A stretch of 64,000 nt of DNA from positions 2,560,001 to 2,624,000 of the forward strand of contig CM000207.1 of assembly GCA_000002445.1 (NCBI GenBank). Reading direction: 5' to 3'. Position 1 is the first letter of the stretch. Every line of letters begins with the position of its first letter. The stretch comes from Trypanosoma brucei. Lineage: Eukaryota. The position numbers and the translations under genes were made by a program. Below are positions 25,651-34,399 of this stretch, one piece after another. The notes under the pieces are model-generated. The model had not been told where the DNA came from. It saw only the letters and a list, made by a program, of their open reading frames with translations, and made no database searches.

Positions 25651-27062
25651 ATGCTTAATAAAGGTCGCTACCTCCTTATCTATCTTTTGGCCGCTGTGTC
25701 GTTGGCCAACTCCGCAAACGCAGCAGCAGGAGACGCCATAAAGAAGCAATACTGGACGAGCTTCTGCGATGTCGCAGTTGAAGCTGAGACAATACCGTCT
25801 CAAGCGATAACCAGCCTAGAGGCGGCGGCAACGGAGGGCCTAAACAAGTTCAAATTCCTACTAAAGGCGCAAATATACGCCGAAGGAAACTTGACAAGGC
25901 CGACGGCTCCCGAAGAAAGAATGCTATGGACGTTTGGCGCGCATGAAACAGAAAAGGCGTTCAATTACTATACCAGCGCTGCTCCAGGCCAGATAATAAC
26001 GGCGGTTAGGGATGCAGGACGACTGCAAGGAGCAATAGGTGAATGGATAAACCTGATGGCAGAAGGTTCAGACGGCACAGACGGATGTCTCAGCAACAAC
26101 GACGGTGGTGGCAACCCAATAAGCGGGAGAAACGCGCTGACTGGAGACATGTAAAAATGTAAACTGAAATGGGAACCGGTACACAAAGGACAGGTACAAG
26201 GTACTTTGCTTGGACCAACAGGCCTTACGGGTAGTTTCTCAACGGGCGTAGCCCACGGAAGCTTAGTCAACGGAAACAAAAAATGCGGCATAAATTCGCC
26301 AAACACAGGCTTCCTGTTAAACGACGCGGATACAAGCGGCAGCGGCAACGGCGCAAATGTAGCGGGCCACACTCCAAAGATGGCTGCTGGACTACTAACC
26401 ATAGACAACACAGGCCTAATAATCGAGGTGTTAGCTGACACAGAAACTAAGCAGGCAACACACCCTTACCTGCATTACGCAGTAAAAGCCAAAACGAACG
26501 TTCAGCAGATGTTCAACTCCGATATGCCGCAAACTTTAGAGACAGCAAAGACATCTGAGCAACTAAAGCGGGCAGCAAGAAGGCAACTACTAGGCAAAAA
26601 AGACAGTGAAACTTCCGAAGACAACCAGATACCCGACAAAATCAAAAGTGTATTCACGACCAACGACAAATACCTAGCGATCCTACACAAAAACATAGAC
26701 GCCATGCCTACACCCAAAGAGCTGACAGATGATAAGCAGGAAACCACCCTAGGCGAAATCAACGACGTGGACCTCCTAATTCGTCTGTATTTTTACTATG
26801 TGGATGCCAACAAGAGAAAACTGCAAAACACATTAGACGAGCTACGAAATGTAAATAAAAAGCAAGAACCAAAATCAGCAGAAGACAAGGAAAAAGAGTG
26901 CAATACCAAAGGCAATGATAAGCAAGAAGAGTGTGAAAAACTAGAGAGTCAAGGGTGTATTTTTAACAAGGAGGGCAAGAAGTGGAAAAAGTGCACATTG
27001 AGCGAGGAAGGCAAAAAAGGAAGGAGCTAAACAACAATCAGAAAAAGAAGGAGGGAAAGATG
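25651..27062 (+). pseudogene. VSG with a frameshift near 26160 and a 3' end truncated by the ingi fragment
   Basis: Signal MLNKGRYLLIYLLAAVSLANSANAAAGDAIKK... ORFs 25651..26154 and 26206..27030. The C-terminal domain ...ECNTKGNDKQEECEKLESQGCIFNKEGKKWKKCTLSEEGKKG... ends abruptly at ingi-derived sequence, with no GPI signal or 16-mer. Confidence 0.75.
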
Positions 27063-28134
27063 AGAATTTTAATTTTAATTTTCTTCGTGCCTTCGTGGGA
27101 GTTTCCCCCCACTGGCGCGGCCATCAGCCATCACCGTAGAGCCCTGAGATGCTATCGGTCTGGCGACTGTGGCAGAGTCTCCCTTTTTTTATTCATCCTA
27201 ATACACCCTCTATAATTTTTGTTGTAGCTCCGCAGTTGAACGGAATACAGCAGATGGGGCGAAAAGCCTCCCACTCCGGACTCTCCAAAAGATGTCAATT
27301 AGCAATCCTTTTGTTTTGATTTTTGTTATTCGTTTATTATTCTCTCCCCCTCTTTCTGTTCCTGTTGCTTGTTGACTGCATACCCCCTCTGTCTCTGAGG
27401 GTGTATGGACTATTCCTGCGTCCGGTGCTTTTCCTGCTAGCTCCACACTCGGCAATAAGGGGGGAAGTTGCAGAAAGGAAAGTGGGTTGTATAACTGTTA
27501 CCTTAGGTGAGGACTTCACCTGCAGCCGGCTCCGTTCAACCGCAATGAGAAACTGCGCCAGCCTTTTAGAGAAACATACATCCTGCACACACACACACAC
27601 ACACACCTTCCACCGCAAACCTGACACGTAACTCCTTCAAACTGGGACAGCTCATCAAGTGCAGCGACGTTTCTTCGAAGTCGCCGCGTTGGATGGTAAC
27701 AGCGCGCTCTACCTTCATACCGTGCATCTTCTTTTGATGTAGGGTGAGGCCAGTTTTGCTAGCACACTGCCTTCCGCATGTCGGGCACACCAACATGGAT
27801 GTGTTTGTATGCGGGGAATCAGTGGCACACAATTTTGTGCTTTTGCTGCATTTAAGCTCGACTCCCTCACCTTTGTGGAAAGCCTTACAGTGTCGGATGA
27901 GGGAGTCCCTGCAACTGAGCACTTTTTGACACACACCACACTGCACCTCGCCTTTCCCCGGGACGTCAACATTTCCCCCACGGGCACGCTTACGAGGGAA
28001 TTGCAACACCACTACGGTACCGTCCTCCGTCACTATGCTCTTATGTTTGAATTTCTTGTGTAGTGACAGGGAAGAACGTGTACCGAAGCTCGCCTCGCAC
28101 AGGTCACATTGAAACGGCAGCTTCCGTGTATCCT
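27063..28134 (-). mobile_element. ingi 3' fragment (about 1.07 kb; zinc-finger region to poly(A)-like tail)
   Basis: It is the reverse complement of ingi from ...aggatacacggaagctgccgtttcaatgtgacctg... to the 3' end. A T-rich tail (aattttaattttaatttt) sits at the low-coordinate end. The minus-strand ORF 27566..28189 reads ...RKLPFQCDLCEASFGTRSSLSLHKKFKH... Confidence 0.88.
27586..27608. repeat. (CA/GT)n microsatellite expansion inside the ingi fragment
   Basis: The fragment has cacacacacacacacacac where the full copies have gtgagtgtgtgc. Confidence 0.8.
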
Positions 28135-31100
28135 CCCTGGTGATGCTGGTCACATCAACGTGGTGCCAGGATCCAGTACCCCGTATCATCGGGTGAAGCC
28201 AAGAGCCAGCAGCGTTCCTTTCATGGGGAACACTGCTGTGCTCTGGCTACGGCATCATACAGCACAGGGATCAGCAGCGTCTTGCTGGGACACCGTTTTT
28301 CATTTGTCGGTCCCTGGGCACGTGGCTAGCGTGCCATCAGCAGTATCATCCGCACTAAGATGCTGCTGTCCGGTGATGTGGAAGAGAATCCCGGCCCGTC
28401 GTTGCGCGGGATGCAGTGGAACTGCGCCGGGCTATCTCAAGGAAAGAGATTAGCACTCCACAAAACCCTTGTTGATGAGCGGATCGCCTTTTGTCTGTTG
28501 AGCGAGACAAGGATGACGCCTGGAGAGGCGGCTTTCTTTAGCGTTGCTGGCTACCAACATCACGGAATAGCTCGTAACTGCAAAGGAGGTGGTGTATCAA
28601 TACTAATGAGGGAGGACCTACCAGTCGAGACCGGTATGGCCGTTGTTGGTCGCATTGAACGAGTGCATGCAACAATTCACCCTGCACGTGGAACGGCGCT
28701 GACTGTCACGTCGGCATACATCCCACCAAAACACACCTTCACGGCAACTGACCTAGATACGCTTCTGACAACTGACGGTGCCCAGCTCATCGGTGCAGAC
28801 GCTAACGCACACGCGTTGGCATGGGATCGCGCGAGCCCACCAAATACCAAGGGTGAAACCCTCACACAGTGGTGCATTGACAACCAGTTTCTGGTATGTA
28901 ACACTGGTGAGTGCACCAGGTACACGCGCCACCACGGGGAGTCCACCCCTGATGTGACACTGTCAAGGAATTTCACAGTGTACACGTGGACATCGCTGTA
29001 TTCTCCCGATAGCGATCACCATAACATATTTTTCGACGTTATCGTTGGAGACGACACAGATGCACTGAGTTGCCCGCGGCTTCGAAAGCCCATGTACGCA
29101 TGGCTAAAAGCTAACTGGAGGAATTTCCGTCTCAAGGTTGACGAGCTCTGCAGGAAAATTGGTAGAGAGAAGAATGTCAACACTCTGGAACAGAAATTGA
29201 GCTCCGCCATCCGCACTGCGACGAATGTCTCCGTCCCCCGTGGCTGCAGAGCAACGCCACCACATTGGACACCTGCGCTCGCGAAAATCGATGAAGAGAT
29301 CGCTGGATGCGCACCCTCCCACCGAAGGGAAAAGTTGGTAGCCACGCGTAAGCAGATCCTGGACCGTACCACAAAGAAGAGATGGAGCACGCTATGCTCC
29401 AGACTTGCGGTGTCAGACTGCTGCAGTTGGCACATTGTCAAGAAGGTATATGCGCCACGACCACTAACCACACTGGCTGTACTTGTTGATAACGCGGCCA
29501 TCACGGACTACCATCAAGCTGAGAGGTTCAGTAAACTGTACTCGTCCCGTGCAAGAAGGCACCCCGACTCACACCCACCGGCACCAATAAAGACGATAGC
29601 GAGTGAGTTCAGCCCCATCACGATGGCTGAACTATGGAGATCGATCAAACTGCTTCCGACCGGATCCGCAGCAGGACCTGATTGCTTATACAACGAGGCA
29701 ATACAACATCTCGGTAGAACAGCGCTGAATGTTGTTCTGAGGCTATTCAATGAGAGCCTACGAACGGGAGTCGTGCCGCGTGCATGGAAGACTGGTGTTA
29801 TCATCCCCATCCTGAAGGCCGGAAAAAAGGCGGAGGACCTCGATTCTTACAGGACTGTGACGCTCACGAGCTGTCTCTGCAAAGTCATGGAACGCATAAT
29901 TGCCGCGAGGCTTAGAGACACTGTTGAGTCCCAGCTGACGCCGCAGCAATCAGGCTTTCGCCCCGGATGCTCAACGCTCGAACAACTCCTGCACGTCCGC
30001 GCTGCCCTCTGCCGCCCTACGCACCAATATCGTACGGGTGCTGTATTCGTTGACTACGAGAAGGCATTCGATACAGTAGACCACGACAAAATTGCGAGGG
30101 GAATGCACAGAATGAAGGTATCACCCCACATTGTGAAGTGGTGCGTATCATTTCTGAGTAACCGAACTGGCAGAGTGAGATTCAAGGAGAAGCTTTCCAG
30201 AAGCAGAACATTTGAGCGAGGAGTGCCACAAGGAACTGTCCTTGGCCCAATCATGTTCATTATTGTCATGAACTCGTTGAGCCAACGCCTTGCAGAAGTG
30301 CCGTTACTGCAGCACGGATTCTTTGCAGACGACCTGACGCTACTTGCGAGGCACACAGAGAGGGATGTCATCAACCACGCACTACAATGCGGCCTCAACG
30401 TGGTGTTACAGTGGTCAAAAGAGTACTTCATGTCTGTCAACGTAGCGAAAACGAAGTGCACACTCTTCGGGTGTATAGAGCGCCACCCCCTTACATTGCA
30501 ACTGGACGGCGAAAGAATAGGAGCTGACAGGATACCGAAGCTTCTAGGAGTAACATTCCAGTGTCAGCAGGGGATGGCAACACATGCGGCCGAAACGAGA
30601 CGCAAGATGGACTTCCGACTACTGCAGATAGTGTCCATCTCAGCTTCTACATGGGGGCCAAGACGACAAGTGCTGAGAGCTTTTTATCTAGCACTCGTAC
30701 AGGCACACACCATGTATGGCATTAAGGTATGGTACTGGGACGCTTCGGAACGAAGTCGTGACCTCCTTGCATCAGCACAACACAAAGCCAGTCGCATCAT
30801 AGCCGGCATACCGCATGGGACGCGCAAAGAGGACTCTCTGCTGGAAGCAAACCTCCTGCCACTCAAGACGGCCACTCTTGTGCACAGCATGAAATTCATG
30901 CTGATGTGTGAGTCACGAGGCGGATGCTTGCGGCGCAGTGCTGAAGAAGCATACCACAGCAAACACCCAGTCAGAGCCCAACATTCCCGCATCATGCGGT
31001 CCTATCCACACCTCCGCATTGAGCCACGCGAGCACCCACTAGAGACACCGACGCTCCGCCACAGCTGCCGACCGCTATTTCACACGCAGATAAAGCCTGT

Positions 31101-33388
31101 GTGCGCTGATGACCCTGACGATGTCAAAAGGGAGGCTTCCGAAAAGTGGATTGAACGGCATTTTTCACGGAGGGGGAAGGAGCTACCGCGGCGAGAGCAC
31201 TACGAATTGTGGACTGATGGATCCGTGTCCCTCGGTGAGAAGTCCGGAGCAGCTGCCCTGCTCTATAGAAACAATACGCTTATTTGTGCACCTAAAACCG
31301 GAGCAGGGGAACTCTCATGCAGTTACAGAGCGGAATGCGTAGCATTAGAGATAGAACTGCAACGGCTGCTGAAATGGCTTCCGGCATACAGAAGCACACC
31401 TAGCAGGTTGTCCATCTTCTCTGACTCGCTGTCAATGTTAACAGCACTGCGGACAGGCCCCCTAGCCGTAACGGACCCAATTCTAAGACGACTATGGAGG
31501 CTTCTGCTTCAAGTTCAGAGAAGGAAGATACGTATCCGACTTCAATTTGTGTTTGGCCATTGTGGCGTGAAACGGAATGAAGTTTGTGATGAGATGGCCA
31601 AAAAGGCCGCTGATTTACCACAGTTGCGAGACACATGGATCCCCGACATCATTGCTTATGCGAAGCGAGTGCTTAAGTCGGAAGAAGTCCATGAGAACAC
31701 TCATAGGTTTGGTATCACGGGCAACCACTTTCCAACAAAGCATAAAGAAGAACTGACGAGGGAAGAAGAAACGGCACTGGCACGCTTTCGGGTTGGGTCT
31801 TCAAGGCACTATGGATGGATGTTGCGAAAGATTAACCCGAGTGTGCCTCCACAGTGCCGATGGTGTAACCCGCAACATGCAGCGATAGGACCAACAATAC
31901 AAACAGCCCCAACTGTTGCGACACGCACTCTTCAAAGAACCTCCGAACCGACCAAATGTACGGAATGTGATGCCACATACCAATGCCGCTCGAGTACTGT
32001 AACGCACATGGTAAACAAACATGGCTTTGTGCGAGCTGATGCCCTCCGGAGGATCAAATACGGCGATGCAACACCTGCAGTGGATATCCCCCCGGAGCCC
32101 CCTCCAGTGGTGGCGATCGTTCCTCTACCATCGAGCACACGAGTCCCGATGAGACCGCAGGTACTTCATTGTACCATCTGTGCCTCCAAATTCGCAGTGC
32201 CAGGCCGACTATTACACCACCTTAGAACAATACATGGTATAGGCAGCGGTAGTTGCCGCGTGAAAAGGGGGCGAGAGAACGAGGACTCAGTGCAAGGAGA
32301 TGGTAGAGCCCCAGCAGCGCCAGTCTCTCAGGATACACGGAAGCTGCCGTTTCAATGTGACCTGTGCGAGGCGAGCTTCGGTACACGCTCTTCCCTGTCA
32401 CTACACAAGAAATTCAAACATAAGAGCATAGTGACGGAGGACGGTACCGTAGTGGTGGTGCAATTCCCTCGTAAGCGTGCCCGTGAGGGAAACGTTGACG
32501 CCACTGGGAAAGGAGAGGTGCAGTGTGGTGTGTGTCAAAAAGTGCTCAGTTGCAGGGACTCCCTCATCCGACATTGTAAGGCTTTTCACAAAGGTGAGGG
32601 AGTCGAGCTTAAATGCAGCAAAAGCACAAAATTTTGTGCCACTGATTCCCCGCATACAAACACATCCATGTTGGTGTGCCCGACATGCGGAAGGCAGTGT
32701 GCTAGCAAAACTGGCCTCACCCTACATCAAAATAAGATGCACGGTATGAAGGTAGAGCGCGCTGTTACCAGCCAACGCGGCGACTGCGAAGAAACGTCGC
32801 TGCACTTGATGAGCTGCCCCGGTTTGAAGGAGTTACGTGTCAGGTTTGCGGTAGAAGGTGAGTGTGTGCAGGATGTATGTTTCTCTAAAAGGCTGGCGCA
32901 GTTTCTCATTGCGGTTGAACGGAACCTGCCGCAGGTGAAGTCCTCACCTAAGGTAACAGTCATACAACCCACTCTCCCTTCTGCAACTTCCCCCCTTATT
33001 GCCGAGTGTGGAGCTAGCAGGAAAAGCACCGGACGCAGGAATAGTCCAGACACCCTCAGAGACAGAGAGGGTATGCAGTCAACAAGCAACAGGAACAGAA
33101 AGAGGGGGAGAGAATAATAAACGAATAACAAAAATCAAAACAAAAGGATTGCTAATTGACATCTTTTGGAGAGTCCGGAGTGGGAGGCTTCTCGCCCCAT
33201 CTGCTGTATTCCGTTCAACTGCGGAGCTACAACAAAAATTATAGAGGGTGTATTAGGCCGAAAAAAAAAGGGAGACTCTGCCACAGTCGCCAGACCGATA
33301 GCATCTCAGGGCTCTACGGTGATGGCTGATGGCCGCGCCAGTGGGGGGAAACTCTCACGAAGGCACGAAGAAAATTCAAGAAAAAAAT
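28135..33388 (+). mobile_element. ingi, full length (about 5.25 kb)
   Basis: The 5' end ccctggtgatgctggtcacatcaacgtggtgccagg... is the RIME/ingi 5' terminus. There is a single long ORF. The 3' end is ...cacgaaggcacgaagaaaattcaagaaaaaaa. No TSD is detectable. Confidence 0.9.
28360..33117 (+). CDS. ingi polyprotein ORF, uninterrupted 1585 aa: 2A-like leader, AP-endonuclease, reverse transcriptase, RNase H, four C2H2 zinc fingers
   Basis: MLLSGDVEENPGP (2A-like D-x-E-x-NPGP). Endonuclease-like WNCAGL...LSETRM. RT motifs FRPGCSTLEQLL, FVDYEKAFDTVDHD and FADDLTLLA. RNase H motif WTDGSVSLGEKSGAAA. Fingers HCTICASKF...HHLRTIH, FQCDLCEASF...HKKFKH, VQCGVCQKVL...RHCKAFH and CPTCGRQC...LHQNKMH. Confidence 0.9.
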   Translation: MLLSGDVEENPGPSLRGMQWNCAGLSQGKRLALHKTLVDERIAFCLLSETRMTPGEAAFFSVAGYQHHGIARNCKGGGVSILMREDLPVETGMAVVGRIERVHATIHPARGTALTVTSAYIPPKHTFTATDLDTLLTTDGAQLIGADANAHALAWDRASPPNTKGETLTQWCIDNQFLVCNTGECTRYTRHHGESTPDVTLSRNFTVYTWTSLYSPDSDHHNIFFDVIVGDDTDALSCPRLRKPMYAWLKANWRNFRLKVDELCRKIGREKNVNTLEQKLSSAIRTATNVSVPRGCRATPPHWTPALAKIDEEIAGCAPSHRREKLVATRKQILDRTTKKRWSTLCSRLAVSDCCSWHIVKKVYAPRPLTTLAVLVDNAAITDYHQAERFSKLYSSRARRHPDSHPPAPIKTIASEFSPITMAELWRSIKLLPTGSAAGPDCLYNEAIQHLGRTALNVVLRLFNESLRTGVVPRAWKTGVIIPILKAGKKAEDLDSYRTVTLTSCLCKVMERIIAARLRDTVESQLTPQQSGFRPGCSTLEQLLHVRAALCRPTHQYRTGAVFVDYEKAFDTVDHDKIARGMHRMKVSPHIVKWCVSFLSNRTGRVRFKEKLSRSRTFERGVPQGTVLGPIMFIIVMNSLSQRLAEVPLLQHGFFADDLTLLARHTERDVINHALQCGLNVVLQWSKEYFMSVNVAKTKCTLFGCIERHPLTLQLDGERIGADRIPKLLGVTFQCQQGMATHAAETRRKMDFRLLQIVSISASTWGPRRQVLRAFYLALVQAHTMYGIKVWYWDASERSRDLLASAQHKASRIIAGIPHGTRKEDSLLEANLLPLKTATLVHSMKFMLMCESRGGCLRRSAEEAYHSKHPVRAQHSRIMRSYPHLRIEPREHPLETPTLRHSCRPLFHTQIKPVCADDPDDVKREASEKWIERHFSRRGKELPRREHYELWTDGSVSLGEKSGAAALLYRNNTLICAPKTGAGELSCSYRAECVALEIELQRLLKWLPAYRSTPSRLSIFSDSLSMLTALRTGPLAVTDPILRRLWRLLLQVQRRKIRIRLQFVFGHCGVKRNEVCDEMAKKAADLPQLRDTWIPDIIAYAKRVLKSEEVHENTHRFGITGNHFPTKHKEELTREEETALARFRVGSSRHYGWMLRKINPSVPPQCRWCNPQHAAIGPTIQTAPTVATRTLQRTSEPTKCTECDATYQCRSSTVTHMVNKHGFVRADALRRIKYGDATPAVDIPPEPPPVVAIVPLPSSTRVPMRPQVLHCTICASKFAVPGRLLHHLRTIHGIGSGSCRVKRGRENEDSVQGDGRAPAAPVSQDTRKLPFQCDLCEASFGTRSSLSLHKKFKHKSIVTEDGTVVVVQFPRKRAREGNVDATGKGEVQCGVCQKVLSCRDSLIRHCKAFHKGEGVELKCSKSTKFCATDSPHTNTSMLVCPTCGRQCASKTGLTLHQNKMHGMKVERAVTSQRGDCEETSLHLMSCPGLKELRVRFAVEGECVQDVCFSKRLAQFLIAVERNLPQVKSSPKVTVIQPTLPSATSPLIAECGASRKSTGRRNSPDTLRDREGMQSTSNRNRKRGRE

Positions 33389-34399
33389 TTAGCTGTTGTT
33401 GGTAGTGCCATAACTGTCGGCTCTGCGGTCTGATAATGCTGATTTGCTGCTGAGATTAGACCGCTGATCTGCACTCCTAGAGCTGTCGCCTCCGCTGTTT
33501 TCGCTGGTATTTCGTCTAGTATTTTAGCTGCTTCTTCTAGTTTTGAGGCCCATGGTTTATTTACCCCCACATCTCTCTGGTTGCCGCGTAATATTTCGTG
33601 TACTTTATGCATAAGTTGCTGGTCGCCCCGCTATTTAATGTGGCAGCTTCGGCTCCTAGTAAATGTTCTACTGTCTTTCCCTCCTTTGCTGTTTGCACGC
33701 GGGCTTCTAGGCTTGCTATGACTAACATGATCACTGTCCCTGTGTGTTTGCTGCTTTCGCCTCTGTGGCGCCAGCCTTTTACTTTTGTTTCGGCTGCTAG
33801 CGGCGCGCTTCCCCAACCTACAGAAGTTCCTGTATTTTTGTATTTGTCGCTGTTTCGACCAGCAGAAAGCCAGAAGTGCCAAAGAATGTCGTTCCAAACT
33901 GACATGCTTGCATTTTCCGCGGACTCCGAGGTCCAGGCAGTTGCTTGCTAGAGTGTTTTGGTCGTCTCGGCTTTGAAGTCAGTTGCTCCTTCGCCCTACA
34001 GCGCCTCTGAAATCTTTTCCTTTCGGCCTTGCTTAACCCTGTCGATATTTCTTGTTTGAGCCTGGTGTAGGTGTTGCCAAGTGGTTGCAAGCCGTTTAAC
34101 GTGTCATTTAAATTTTTTTCAGCAGTTATTCTTGCCCAGTTTTCGATTAGTCTCGGATTTTTTTGTAGCGAGGCCTTTCCGTTTACGGGTTTGTTTAGTT
34201 TTGTTTCTGCTCAACCCATTTGTTCCACTTTGTTACCCAGTTTTTTTAGGTTTTCCTCTTTGTGTTTTGTTTTCCCATTTACTGTTTGCCCCTCAGCCTT
34301 CGAATAAGCTTTGTCAGTCCTGGCTGCTGGTTGACATATTCATCTGGTTTAGATTCTCGATGTCAGCGGTGAAGTCGACGACTGCGGTGGGCTGCTCCC

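Noticed and set aside
27586-27608. A (CA)n tract inside the ingi fragment as a possible regulatory element or recombination hotspot.
   Set aside because: It is a simple expansion of a GT-rich stretch already present in the ingi consensus (gtgagtgtgtgc). It is a plain microsatellite. It is kept as a feature only.
28360-28400. The 2A-like DVEENPGP could suggest a viral (picornavirus-like) insertion.
   Set aside because: The motif is an integral, conserved N-terminal part of the trypanosome ingi (and L1Tc) retrotransposon ORF and occurs identically in all three copies here. No viral capsid or replicase sequence is present.
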